DNA from: a virus
IMG/VR virus record: IMGVR_UViG_3300021963_000027
Span: 32,001-96,000 of that record
Reading direction: 5' to 3' (one strand)
DNA: 64,000 nt
The stretch's first letter is position 1; each line of letters starts with the position of its first letter. The position numbers and the translations under genes are program-made. Positions 32,149 through 41,794 of this stretch are shown piece by piece. The notes below the pieces were generated by a model. The model was not told where the DNA came from, searched no databases, and saw only the letters and a list, made by a program, of their open reading frames with translations.

Positions 32149-34179
32149 ATGAATTTTCAAGTCCAAGAACTTTATGAATCTGTGTTGATCACGGAGATGA
32201 ATCAAAAAGTTATTAATTATCTCGAACAACACACGGATGAATTACCTTTCGATCATATTTTCGGAGACAAAATGCGGGTAGCATTTCCTATTGGAACTGA
32301 CATCACTGCGCAAAATATCATCGATGATCTACGTAGAATCAAAAATTTTGATAAGATCGATCTCAAAAAAGGAGAAGTCATCCGTAAACTCAAAATCGAC
32401 CCAAAATATGGAAAGGGAGATTATCAAGAACAAAAAATTAATATAGGTAGAGCTATCTCAGCTTTGAAAATTGTAGAAGATAAAAAGAAAAAATATCTCG
32501 ATTGGTTTGCTAGATATAAAGATAATCTCGAAGCAGCTTTTGAGAAACCTGAATATGTTGTAGTATTGTCTCGTTCTCCGATTGATGTTGTTCGTATGTC
32601 CGACCATCGTAATATATCTTCATGCCATTCCCAAGGTGGTTCATATTTCTATTGTGCCATTCAAGAAGCGATAACTGGTGGGGCAGTTGCATATGTAGTA
32701 AATTCTCAAGATTTTGACGAATTGACGGAGGAAGAATTTCAAAATGATGAAATTTTTGTCGATCCTGATCGTGGGGTGAGAGGAGCTGGTTATGGTTTAA
32801 GACCACTTTCCAGATTGAGGGTTCGTCGATTAGAGGATGATGAGGGTAATGAAGTGGCAATACCCGATACTAAAATATATGGTAATCAATCGATTCCAAA
32901 CTTTTACAACTCACTTAAAAATTACCTCCAGAATAAACAATCTATAACTGCTGGTGATTTCACAGGGCAATACGAAAAAAGAGGCGGGACTTATTACGAT
33001 GATCAAATCGAAGAATTGTTAAGTGATTACTTCAGCGATGAAGATAATAAATATTATCGCCAAGACTTCCCCCGTGTGAAGCATAATCGAGATGATGATA
33101 GAGGAGAAACCAGACACAATGCTTTGAGTATTGAAGATGATTTGAGAAATATTAAAGATCGATACGAGGGTCAAATGACTCATAGTAGTGCCGATTATTA
33201 TATATTCGACGATGATGATAGAAGTTATTTCGATATGTCAGGTTATTCACAGTTAGATATTTCCAAATTTAATTTACCTGATGATATTGATATAGAAATT
33301 GAAGATGAATATTCTATTAGAAAATGGGTGGAAGGAAATTATGACGATAATTACGAATACTCAGCACTAATTCAGTATTTAAAAGATGCTTCCGAAATTC
33401 AAATTTATAGAATTGAAATGGATAATCAGTCTATCAAAATAACATTTAATGATCAGGAAACATCATCTGATCCAGATAATTTTGATTATTTTTGTCGAAA
33501 TATGAAAAGATTTGATGATAAGATAGATGACATGCTTGATGATGAAGACGAATTGTTTGAAGTATTCCTCACTGCTGGATTTATAAAGCCAGCCGAAATT
33601 GATGATAAAAATTTCACTATGATCAAAAATTATATCGATTTAGAAGAGGAGCCATTTACTCATTTATCCATATCTGGTCATGATATTAGAAAATCATTCA
33701 CTGTGAAGTTTCCAAACAGGATTTTCGTTATGCAAGGTGATTATAATGCTATTAGAGATATTAAAGGATATATTGGAGAATCTCATGTTAAACGTGTATT
33801 AAACGATATTATCATTAATTTAGCAAGAGAAACTTTCAAACCCGAATCAGACGAATACGATACCGCACAATTACAGTTTGATAAATTTTTCGAATCTTAT
33901 ACAAATCCTTTAGATGGTATAGATTATTCATTATCGTGTAACCCACATGATAATTACGGTAATTTAGAAATTAGTAATATGAGATTAAATTTCCCAAAAA
34001 TGGATAACAGAAATTATCAATTCGTTGAATTTTTAGATGATATGTATCTACATATCATCAACACATTCAAAGTGTGGGTATTAAATATTTTAAAATTTAC
34101 TAATAATTCTAGTTTCGAGGCATTAGCAAATCAATATAACTATAAACAATTATACAAACTATATAATAAATACCTATGA
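32149..34179 (+). CDS. Large hypothetical late protein (possible internal head protein)
   Basis: 676 aa; late promoter; SRSPIDVVRMSD...ISSCHS motif. Confidence 0.85.
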   Translation: MNFQVQELYESVLITEMNQKVINYLEQHTDELPFDHIFGDKMRVAFPIGTDITAQNIIDDLRRIKNFDKIDLKKGEVIRKLKIDPKYGKGDYQEQKINIGRAISALKIVEDKKKKYLDWFARYKDNLEAAFEKPEYVVVLSRSPIDVVRMSDHRNISSCHSQGGSYFYCAIQEAITGGAVAYVVNSQDFDELTEEEFQNDEIFVDPDRGVRGAGYGLRPLSRLRVRRLEDDEGNEVAIPDTKIYGNQSIPNFYNSLKNYLQNKQSITAGDFTGQYEKRGGTYYDDQIEELLSDYFSDEDNKYYRQDFPRVKHNRDDDRGETRHNALSIEDDLRNIKDRYEGQMTHSSADYYIFDDDDRSYFDMSGYSQLDISKFNLPDDIDIEIEDEYSIRKWVEGNYDDNYEYSALIQYLKDASEIQIYRIEMDNQSIKITFNDQETSSDPDNFDYFCRNMKRFDDKIDDMLDDEDELFEVFLTAGFIKPAEIDDKNFTMIKNYIDLEEEPFTHLSISGHDIRKSFTVKFPNRIFVMQGDYNAIRDIKGYIGESHVKRVLNDIIINLARETFKPESDEYDTAQLQFDKFFESYTNPLDGIDYSLSCNPHDNYGNLEISNMRLNFPKMDNRNYQFVEFLDDMYLHIINTFKVWVLNILKFTNNSSFEALANQYNYKQLYKLYNKYL

Positions 34180-35696
34180 AAAAATTCCATAAATTATACC
34201 ACCAACTCATGCGCGAGTATGTGGAAGACTTCGATCAGAAATGGGACAAAGCTGTTTCCGAATCGGAGGAGCTTCAGGTAGCTCTTGATTTGATGAAAAA
34301 TATCAAAGCAAAATTAAAAGGTGAAATTTATATCGTCGGTGGTGTTCCTCGTGATTTGCTCATGGGTAACGCAATTGATGATGTGGATTTGGCTACCAAT
34401 ATTCCTGTAGAACAATTGGAGAAACATTTTGAATTGAGAAATATTTCCAAGAACGATTCTCAACCAGTCTATGCTATCCTATGGAAAGGATATGTTTATG
34501 ATTTGGCAAAATTCAGAACTGATTCTGGTGATATTGGTAGACAAGCAAATGTCTCAACTGAGACTGATTCCTTCCAAGCTGATACAGAACGCAGAGATTT
34601 AACAATCAATTCTTTCGGGTTGGATGAGAATGGTAAGATCGTAGATTATCAAGGTGGTCTGGATGATTTGAAAAACAAAATCGTTCGTGCTGTAGGAGAT
34701 GCCAAGAAGAGATTCATGGAAGATGCTACAAGGATTCTTCGCGTTTTCCGATTCGCTGCCAAGATGGATTTTGAAATTGAAGACGATACTAAAAAAGCAG
34801 CAATCGAATTGAAATATTTGCTTCAAGATCCGAAAGCTATTTCCAAAGAAAGTATCTCAAAAGAATTTTATAAGTCTGCCAAGACTGGTAGAACTCTTGC
34901 CAATTTCTTGAAAAAATTACAAGACACCAAAATTCTCCATGACATTCTTCCTGAATTTACAGAGATGGAAGGTTTCGATCACGATCCTCAACATCACCCT
35001 GAAGGAGATTCTCAAGTATTGGGACACATCTATGAGTGTCTCAACGCTTCTCCCTACAAAGATCCTATTATTAATCTTGCTGTATTATTCCATGACTTTG
35101 GAAAAGCTACGACTAGAGGGAAAAAAGATAATGGATTTAGTAGCTATCATGGTCACGAAGCTGCTGGTGTTCCCATTGTCGAAGGGATATTTGAGAGACT
35201 AAGATTCAATGAATTGTCTCAACAAGATAAAAAGAATATCTTAGCGGCAGTGGATAAACACATGCTCGTTCATAATCTAGACAAACTCAATATTAAAACA
35301 CTGACTAGACTGATCCAAAATCCTGCATGGGAAACCATTAAAGCAGTTGGTTATTGCGATGAAGCATCGAGAGGCTCTGGTCTTTTCAATGAAAAAGAAT
35401 TTTGGGATAAAGTTAAAAGAGCAGAAGAAAAAGTATCCAACATCGGTGGTTCGGAAGATGAAACAAGAAAACGTCTCAAGCAATATTTCAGTGGAAATAA
35501 ATTGATGGAATGGTTTCCAGTTCTCATCAAAGACAAATCCAAGTTCAAAGATATTACAGCAGCACTACAAGAATATACTCTTGAAGAGTTGAATGCTGGT
35601 AGAGAACCAGATGATTCGGAAATGAAGACAATCGTTGCTGGTATTCTAAAGAAGAATCAATTTAATGAATGGTATAATTATTACCAGAAAAATTAA
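34176..35696 (+). CDS. cca: CCA-adding tRNA nucleotidyltransferase with HD domain
   Basis: YIVGGVPRDLL...DVDLAT, RRDLTINS, EDATRILRVFRFAAK, HHPEG...LAVLFHDFGKATT. Confidence 0.9.
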   Translation: MKKFHKLYHQLMREYVEDFDQKWDKAVSESEELQVALDLMKNIKAKLKGEIYIVGGVPRDLLMGNAIDDVDLATNIPVEQLEKHFELRNISKNDSQPVYAILWKGYVYDLAKFRTDSGDIGRQANVSTETDSFQADTERRDLTINSFGLDENGKIVDYQGGLDDLKNKIVRAVGDAKKRFMEDATRILRVFRFAAKMDFEIEDDTKKAAIELKYLLQDPKAISKESISKEFYKSAKTGRTLANFLKKLQDTKILHDILPEFTEMEGFDHDPQHHPEGDSQVLGHIYECLNASPYKDPIINLAVLFHDFGKATTRGKKDNGFSSYHGHEAAGVPIVEGIFERLRFNELSQQDKKNILAAVDKHMLVHNLDKLNIKTLTRLIQNPAWETIKAVGYCDEASRGSGLFNEKEFWDKVKRAEEKVSNIGGSEDETRKRLKQYFSGNKLMEWFPVLIKDKSKFKDITAALQEYTLEELNAGREPDDSEMKTIVAGILKKNQFNEWYNYYQKN

Positions 35697-35917
35697 TCTT
35701 TGTGCCATTTCTCCATCTTGGAGTAATATTCTGGATCTTCTTCCACATGTTGTTTAGCAATCGTTTTTGCTAACTTCTTTCCTAACTTTGTTTTCCTCTT
35801 AGAAGGATTGACATGCTCTTGCTCTACTTCTTCCCCTTTGGAAACCTCTGGTTTAGGGAGATCTTTTTTCTTAACTTTTTTGAAGTAGTCATTAAAGAAA
35901 TCTTGGAATTTTTTCAT
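35693..35917 (-). CDS. Small phage protein (IAKQHVEEDPEYYSKM motif, DUF5661-like)
   Basis: Motif recognised by eye. Confidence 0.6.
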   Translation of the reverse strand: MKKFQDFFNDYFKKVKKKDLPKPEVSKGEEVEQEHVNPSKRKTKLGKKLAKTIAKQHVEEDPEYYSKMEKWHKD

Positions 35918-35921
35918 ATTA

Positions 35922-36749
35922 TTAGTGTTCAGTGTTCTCGCTTAATTTTTTACGATATCCATATTCAGCAACAGATGGGTATCCACCTGTAACGTGTTTA
36001 ACTTCTAATGGATCAACTCCTCTAAATTCCCACACCACTTTTTTCTCAAATGGTGTCATGTTGAATCCAGTATGCGCTCTCATTAGAATATCAACAATCT
36101 CATCATGTGACAATTCTGGATAGATTCTACTCTTCAATTCTTTAATTTCACCAGAAGAAGAATCTCTATAGGTGTCTCCATCATAATTAAATTTGGAAGA
36201 ATCGGAAGCAACCCAAAAAAGATCAGTTGCTTTAAAACATTTTTTTAATTCTTGGATATATTCAGGGGTGATATCTTTTTCTCTACACCAGAAAGCGATG
36301 ACTGAGACATTTTTTTTAAGTGTTTTACTTTCAATACTTTTCCAGATTCTTCCTGATTGACTTTTGATTCTCGTTTCTCCCATCGCTTGAGAACGTTGGT
36401 TCTGATTGTAGAAATCTAAATCAGACTTATTCATTTTGCCACACACTTTAACATCATAAGACTTCAACACATTTTTAGTATTATCAGGATATTGAAGTGC
36501 TTCTTTCAACCCATTGAAAATGAATAAGTGAGTTGCTCCAGTGTATAGGATAACATTTCCAATTTTAGAAAAAGCATAACCATCGGAATGAGCATAAACA
36601 CCACCGTCAAATTTCAAAGAATCGGGATTGGATTTGTTCGATGGAATTGTGACATTTTCAAATAATACAACACCTCTGGTAGCTGCACGTTCTTCCAAAA
36701 TTTTATTATAAAGTTCTCTGATGTTTAATTCGTCTCTCATGTCAACCAA
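35922..36749 (-). CDS. Hypothetical protein
   Basis: 275 aa ORF; start may be a few codons downstream. Confidence 0.8.
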   Translation of the reverse strand: MVDMRDELNIRELYNKILEERAATRGVVLFENVTIPSNKSNPDSLKFDGGVYAHSDGYAFSKIGNVILYTGATHLFIFNGLKEALQYPDNTKNVLKSYDVKVCGKMNKSDLDFYNQNQRSQAMGETRIKSQSGRIWKSIESKTLKKNVSVIAFWCREKDITPEYIQELKKCFKATDLFWVASDSSKFNYDGDTYRDSSSGEIKELKSRIYPELSHDEIVDILMRAHTGFNMTPFEKKVVWEFRGVDPLEVKHVTGGYPSVAEYGYRKKLSENTEH

Positions 36750-37024
36750 ATTTCTTCTGTTTGTTTAAATTTATCTATCAATAATTCCAAATTTTTAGAT
36801 TGAAAATTACAATCAATCATGGTCTTTACAGTGTGCCTATTGTTGTTATTACAGAATGATAATTTGTAATTCAAATCAGCCATTTTAGGCTCGTGTTCAA
36901 CGATCATCAGGAATGTATCATACATTCCTGATGGAAGGGGAATTGGATCGCCTGTAAAAATAACTTCCACTCCATCACTATTTGGAGCATTACTCATATA
37001 TTCTTTAGGATAAATTACTATCAT
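36737..37024 (-). CDS. Hypothetical protein
   Basis: ORF track; overlaps neighbours. Confidence 0.7.
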   Translation of the reverse strand: MIVIYPKEYMSNAPNSDGVEVIFTGDPIPLPSGMYDTFLMIVEHEPKMADLNYKLSFCNNNNRHTVKTMIDCNFQSKNLELLIDKFKQTEEIWLT

Positions 37025-37635
37025 CGTGCTAATTTCATGTAAACAACCACTGTTTCAGCATTTCGGTCAATGTTGCCATCGTCGTCAAGAGAATAGGAAA
37101 TACCATTGAACACTGGATAAGGCATTGTATCATCGTTTTTATCTTTGTCAATAACAAAACCATTTCGACTGTAGAGTCTGAATAATTTTTTTGGTATGAT
37201 ATTGCCATCACCATCTTGTTCCGCAAAACAATCCAAACGTCTAGCACCATTTTTAATAGCACTTTTTACTGCCGCATCTCCCGAAGATTCTATGCCAGAA
37301 AAAACCGAAACCAATTCATCACCCTTTTTGATGCAATATCCGCTGGTATTGTTTGGTCCGATAAAACATTTCATCTCTGCGTATTCTTCGGGATCATAAA
37401 TGGTGATGTTATTTTTAATATCTTTAAACCATTCATGTTCTTTATGTTCGGGGTCAGCACGTTTAGTGTCCGATTCCATGTAAGCATTGATGATTTTATA
37501 AAATGATCTCCAATCAACTTTTTTAAATTTTTCAGAATCTTCAGGTGTTAGTTTTCTACTGATTTTTAATTGTTCAGGTGATAATTTCCCAAGATCTGAA
37601 AATGCTTCCCAAAAGAATTGATAAAATGACTTCAT
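37021..37635 (-). CDS. Hypothetical protein, possible GNAT-like fold
   Basis: TAAATA-ataga-ATG37635; GDAAVKSAIKNGARRLDCF...LYSRNGF. Confidence 0.65.
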   Translation of the reverse strand: MKSFYQFFWEAFSDLGKLSPEQLKISRKLTPEDSEKFKKVDWRSFYKIINAYMESDTKRADPEHKEHEWFKDIKNNITIYDPEEYAEMKCFIGPNNTSGYCIKKGDELVSVFSGIESSGDAAVKSAIKNGARRLDCFAEQDGDGNIIPKKLFRLYSRNGFVIDKDKNDDTMPYPVFNGISYSLDDDGNIDRNAETVVVYMKLAR

Positions 37636-37655
37636 TCTATTATTTAATAAAATTT

Positions 37656-37934
37656 TCAACTATCTAGGTATTTGTCAATAACCATCGTAAGATAGTCGGC
37701 AAACCAACAAATAGATGATGCGTAAAATCCCCAAAGAGGGATTAGGAAAGGTGTGCCTGACCAGAACATCCCGAAGAAACATCCTACCCAAAATCCGAGA
37801 CACATGCAGCACTTGAATAATTTTTCAAAGAATTTCATTTCAGTCAAACGATTTCGAATGGGATTTAGAATTGATCCGTATTTCAGGATCAGACAAGCAC
37901 CAATTAATACAAAAGATTGAAACCAAAGACTCAT
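37656..37934 (-). CDS. DUF1360-like membrane protein
   Basis: LFKCCMCLGFWVG with flanking hydrophobic helices. Confidence 0.7.
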   Translation of the reverse strand: MSLWFQSFVLIGACLILKYGSILNPIRNRLTEMKFFEKLFKCCMCLGFWVGCFFGMFWSGTPFLIPLWGFYASSICWFADYLTMVIDKYLDS

Positions 37935-38128
37935 CCTAGAATAAGTTTTTGGTCATCAATCGTTTTCACACCATCTGAAATCAGGAGTGCTTCTTCTTTT
38001 CTCACGATAATTTTGTTACCAAAATCATCTGTGATTTCTACCATACCGTCTGTAAGTTCTGTGACTACTGGGCAACTTTTCCCTTTGCAGCACAACTTAA
38101 CACTATTATTATTCAGAATTTTAATCAT
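37931..38128 (-). CDS. Small Cys-containing hypothetical protein
   Basis: LCCKGKSCPVV. Confidence 0.65.
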   Translation of the reverse strand: MIKILNNNSVKLCCKGKSCPVVTELTDGMVEITDDFGNKIIVRKEEALLISDGVKTIDDQKLILG

Positions 38129-38139
38129 AACAAAATTAT

Positions 38140-38523
38140 TTATCCAAAGATTTGAGAAATCAATGATTTTCTCTCTTTCAAATTATAAACAAATACTTTC
38201 AATCCTTTATTTTTAGAATAATCAATCATGTGTTTAGTGCCTTTCGATCCCCCATCCCACACAGCTACAAGAGCATCTGCATAGTCACCCATTTCCTCAT
38301 TCCTACGTGGTCCTGCCGATTTTCCAAATTTTTTCCAATTAGCAGGAAATTTTTTAATAGGGATATTGTTTTCTTTAGCCCATTGTTCTCCCATGGTGTC
38401 AACACCACAAGCTTTGCCTGAAACCACTTCAGTTATTTCAGATGACCATGGACATTCTTCCATCGCTGAAAGAATGTCCTGATATTTATTCACATCGCGT
38501 GAACCAGCTATAATACAGCGCAT
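38140..38523 (-). CDS. SLOG-family (DUF2493/YspA-like) protein
   Basis: IIAGSRD, VVSGKACGVD, PANWKKFGKSAGPRRNEEM. Confidence 0.85.
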   Translation of the reverse strand: MRCIIAGSRDVNKYQDILSAMEECPWSSEITEVVSGKACGVDTMGEQWAKENNIPIKKFPANWKKFGKSAGPRRNEEMGDYADALVAVWDGGSKGTKHMIDYSKNKGLKVFVYNLKERKSLISQIFG

Positions 38524-38524
38524 A

Positions 38525-39205
38525 TTAATAGCCCCATGCTTTGAGAGTGTGTTCGAATGGATTACCGTCGATGTTTTTCACAAGCTGTAGCATTTCGTCA
38601 GCAATATCGCGAATTTCTTTTTGAGCATGTTCGCTGCGACGAAGCTTGATGAAGTTGGCAAAAGAACGCATGTTGAACATAACGTCTCCTTCAATTTGAC
38701 TGTTGTAAGTCTTGAAGAAGCGAGCGGATTCTTTTGCGCGTTTGCGTCCAAGAACAGGCTCAAGGTCTTTTAGACAAGAATGATAGAGCTTATTACCTAA
38801 TTCAGTATACCCTTCGAGAATTTGCTTCCACGTTTCATAACCACCAATAAATTCTTCAACATCTTTAGGTTGAGATAGAGACGCATTGATACCAATCCAG
38901 TCATCAGGAAGATAAAATTTATCTTCTTTTAGTTCTTTGTATCGAGCGGACTCAGCATTGATGGATGCAATACGATGTTTAAGCAAATGAATGTGACTAG
39001 CGATTTCAGTATCAACTAGGAAGTGAACCACCCCCTTTTCAAACGGTGTCTCATGACCATTGCTCCATAGCATGTCAATTAGTTTTGGGATTCGAGATTT
39101 CTTATCCTCTGTCAAATCGCGACTCGTAGATGTCCATGCACTGCAAGCGATAATTTCGTCGCTTCCATAATACCCTAGTAAGGTTACTTTATTTTTATTA
39201 TTCAT
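38525..39205 (-). CDS. thyX: Flavin-dependent thymidylate synthase
   Basis: GHETPFE...HLLKHRIASINAESARY; NFIKLR...HAQKEIR. Confidence 0.93.
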   Translation of the reverse strand: MNNKNKVTLLGYYGSDEIIACSAWTSTSRDLTEDKKSRIPKLIDMLWSNGHETPFEKGVVHFLVDTEIASHIHLLKHRIASINAESARYKELKEDKFYLPDDWIGINASLSQPKDVEEFIGGYETWKQILEGYTELGNKLYHSCLKDLEPVLGRKRAKESARFFKTYNSQIEGDVMFNMRSFANFIKLRRSEHAQKEIRDIADEMLQLVKNIDGNPFEHTLKAWGY

Positions 39206-39208
39206 ATT

Positions 39209-39586
39209 TTATTTTTTCTCAACAATAACTTTCATAAACATTGGATAATTCTTGATCCGTTGTTGTGCGATTTTTAAATTAGCACAAAAAACATCGATTA
39301 CAATATTATTTTTACCTAATTTTTTAGAAGCAGATCTAGCTTTCACTGCACTTCCAGTGTCAATAGCAGTCGTAGTTAGACCCATTTGTGGTATTTTTAC
39401 TTTACTACCATATGAAATAATTCTAGGATCAACTGCCACTGTTTTACCACAGATCGGTTTCTTCCCAGTAGAAGTTTGATAACCAACTTGACCACCATTG
39501 TTTGGCCAATAGTATGTAATTCTCGCCATATATTCTTCTGAATAGCAGAATGTGGTTAGTAATGATGCGATAATTATTTTCAACAT
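39209..39586 (-). CDS. 3D-domain (MltA-like) cell-wall protein with signal peptide
   Basis: TVAVDPRIISYGSKVKIP...AIDTGSAVK...IDVF. Confidence 0.85.
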   Translation of the reverse strand: MLKIIIASLLTTFCYSEEYMARITYYWPNNGGQVGYQTSTGKKPICGKTVAVDPRIISYGSKVKIPQMGLTTTAIDTGSAVKARSASKKLGKNNIVIDVFCANLKIAQQRIKNYPMFMKVIVEKK

Positions 39587-39635
39587 GTTTCCAATTTAGC
39601 ACATTTTTTTAATTTGTCAAGTACTAAATAATAAT

Positions 39636-40043
39636 ATGGGTGAATTAAATAAAAATGTTTTTCCAGATACCATTAAATTAGAAGATTTGGGCATCATTAA
39701 AGGAACGAGAAAATTTCGTCTGTTGGAGGATTTTCGTTGTTATTTTAAAGGTAAATTACTCACCATCCCCAAAGGGTTTATTACAGATGGAATTTCTGCT
39801 CCTAAATTTGCATGGCCTATTATCGGACCTTACGGACCTGCTTTCCCCGCTGCTTTGATTCACGATTGGTGTTTCTCTCCATTCAATAAAGAATATAATT
39901 GGAAAGAATCGAATTGGCTCTTTCTAGAATTGATGAAGGAAGCTGGTGTAGGTTTTACTATGAGATGGACTATCTATTCTGCTGTTGTGGCGGGATCATA
40001 TCCCATATGGAGAAAAAGAATTGAAAGTTACGGTGATAAGTAA
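39636..40043 (+). CDS. DUF1353-family protein
   Basis: TIPKGFITDGISAP...AALIHDW. Confidence 0.85.
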   Translation: MGELNKNVFPDTIKLEDLGIIKGTRKFRLLEDFRCYFKGKLLTIPKGFITDGISAPKFAWPIIGPYGPAFPAALIHDWCFSPFNKEYNWKESNWLFLELMKEAGVGFTMRWTIYSAVVAGSYPIWRKRIESYGDK

Positions 40044-40047
40044 TAAT

Positions 40048-40626
40048 ATGAATAGCGAAGAAATTAAAAAAATGCAGAAAAAAATCGGTGTTGTTGCTGA
40101 TGGATTCTGGGGTCCGAAATCGCAAGATGCTTGTAAAAAATATTTGCGTTCATTGATGCCTAAAAACAATCCATGGCCAAAAAGCGATCAAGCATCTCTA
40201 AGAAAATTTTACGGAAATCCAGGAGATGAATCAAATCTTGTAACGGTCACTTTACCATATCCTATGTATTACGATGGCAAATTAGTCACCAAAACTCGCG
40301 TCAATAAAAAATGTGCTGATTCTTTATTGAGAATACTCACTAATATTAAAAATATAATCCCAAAATATCCTGATATTAAAAATGAAGCTGAAGATTATGG
40401 CGGCATTTATAATTTTCGTTTGAAGCGTGGTGGTTCTTCTTATTCCCTACATGCTTACGGTGCTGCCATCGATTTAGATGCTGATGAAAATACTTTTCGC
40501 GATAGTTGGCCGATGAAAGCGGATATGCCGCTGGAAATCATGGAAGAATTTGCAAAAGAAGGTTGGATATCTGCTGGTGCGTTTTGGGGATATGATGCTA
40601 TGCACCACGAAGCAGTAAATAGATAA
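40048..40626 (+). CDS. Endolysin, peptidase M15 family
   Basis: YNFRLKRGGSSYSLHAYGAAID...DAMHHE; N-terminal VVADGFWGPKSQ peptidoglycan-binding-like segment. Confidence 0.88.
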   Translation: MNSEEIKKMQKKIGVVADGFWGPKSQDACKKYLRSLMPKNNPWPKSDQASLRKFYGNPGDESNLVTVTLPYPMYYDGKLVTKTRVNKKCADSLLRILTNIKNIIPKYPDIKNEAEDYGGIYNFRLKRGGSSYSLHAYGAAIDLDADENTFRDSWPMKADMPLEIMEEFAKEGWISAGAFWGYDAMHHEAVNR

Positions 40627-40685
40627 ATTATAAAAAATACCCGCCAAAGTGTGCTTACAAGTAGAGGCATGGCGGGTCTGCTAAA

Positions 40686-41003
40686 TTATTTATTTGGGTT
40701 TAATCTTTCCTTTAATTTTGCAAATGCGTTTCTTATCGCATTATCAATATTATCGGAATTTCCCGTGCATTCATCTTCAACATCTTGGATGATTTTTAAA
40801 ATTCCTTCCAATTCTTCTTCTTGTTCGCCATAAACATGAGCAGTCACCATTGGAGGTGCTATTCCAATTATTTGTTTATTATAAGATAATTTAGTACCAG
40901 CTTCTTGGGGGACTTCTTGCTTCGGAACTCTTTGAGGTGGATTGAAACCACTTTGATATTCCAGAATCAAATCAGCATAGACTTGTTGTAAAAATTTATC
41001 CAT
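40686..41003 (-). CDS. Hypothetical late protein
   Basis: TAAATA-atatc-ATG41003. Confidence 0.7.
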   Translation of the reverse strand: MDKFLQQVYADLILEYQSGFNPPQRVPKQEVPQEAGTKLSYNKQIIGIAPPMVTAHVYGEQEEELEGILKIIQDVEDECTGNSDNIDNAIRNAFAKLKERLNPNK

Positions 41004-41051
41004 GATATTATTTAATTTGATAACATAGATTTCCATGTTAAATAATGATAT

Positions 41052-41690
41052 ATGAAAAGATGGGGATATCGAAACGAGGAGGAGAAAGAGGAAAACAACT
41101 CAAATATACCGAATATCATCATAACATCTGCGAATGAAGAGCAAACCGTTGTTAATAGTGGTATTCGAGTCATTAATAATAAAATTTTGTTTTACGCTGA
41201 TATTGATGAAGGGTCTGTTTTGGAATTGAACCGTGTTTTGCTTGAACTGGATTGTAAATTACAGAGCATTAAAAGCTTTGATGATAATTATGAACCTATT
41301 ATCCATCTCCACCTTAATACCTTTGGAGGTGTTATTTTTGCAGCATTTTCTACTGTCGATACAATCCGTAGATTGAAATCCAAAGTCTATACGTATGTTG
41401 ATGGTAATACCGCATCCGCAGGAACTCTGATTAGTCTGAGTGGTTCTAAAAGATATATGGGACAACATGCTCATTTCCTCATTCACCAATTAAGTTCTGG
41501 TGTCTATGGTAAGTTCTCGGAAATGGAGGATGAAATCGCCACATGTACCAAATTGATGAAAGTTCTGAAAGATTTTTATAAAAAACACACCAAAGTTCCA
41601 ATGAAAAAATTGGATGAGCTTATGAAGCGAGATATTTGGTTGGATGCTCAAGAATGTCTTGATTATGGAATCATCGATGAAATTCTCTAA
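41052..41690 (+). CDS. clpP: ClpP-like serine protease
   Basis: HLNTFGG, ASAGTLI, FLIHQ, RDIWLDAQECLDYGIIDEI. Confidence 0.88.
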   Translation: MKRWGYRNEEEKEENNSNIPNIIITSANEEQTVVNSGIRVINNKILFYADIDEGSVLELNRVLLELDCKLQSIKSFDDNYEPIIHLHLNTFGGVIFAAFSTVDTIRRLKSKVYTYVDGNTASAGTLISLSGSKRYMGQHAHFLIHQLSSGVYGKFSEMEDEIATCTKLMKVLKDFYKKHTKVPMKKLDELMKRDIWLDAQECLDYGIIDEIL

Positions 41691-41794
41691 AAAAGGGGGT
41701 TGATTTTTTATCGGCTCGTGGCATATTTAGCGAAACGAACGATAAAAAAATAAAAGAAAAACGAGGGAAAGTAGAGGATAAGTAATAGACGATT

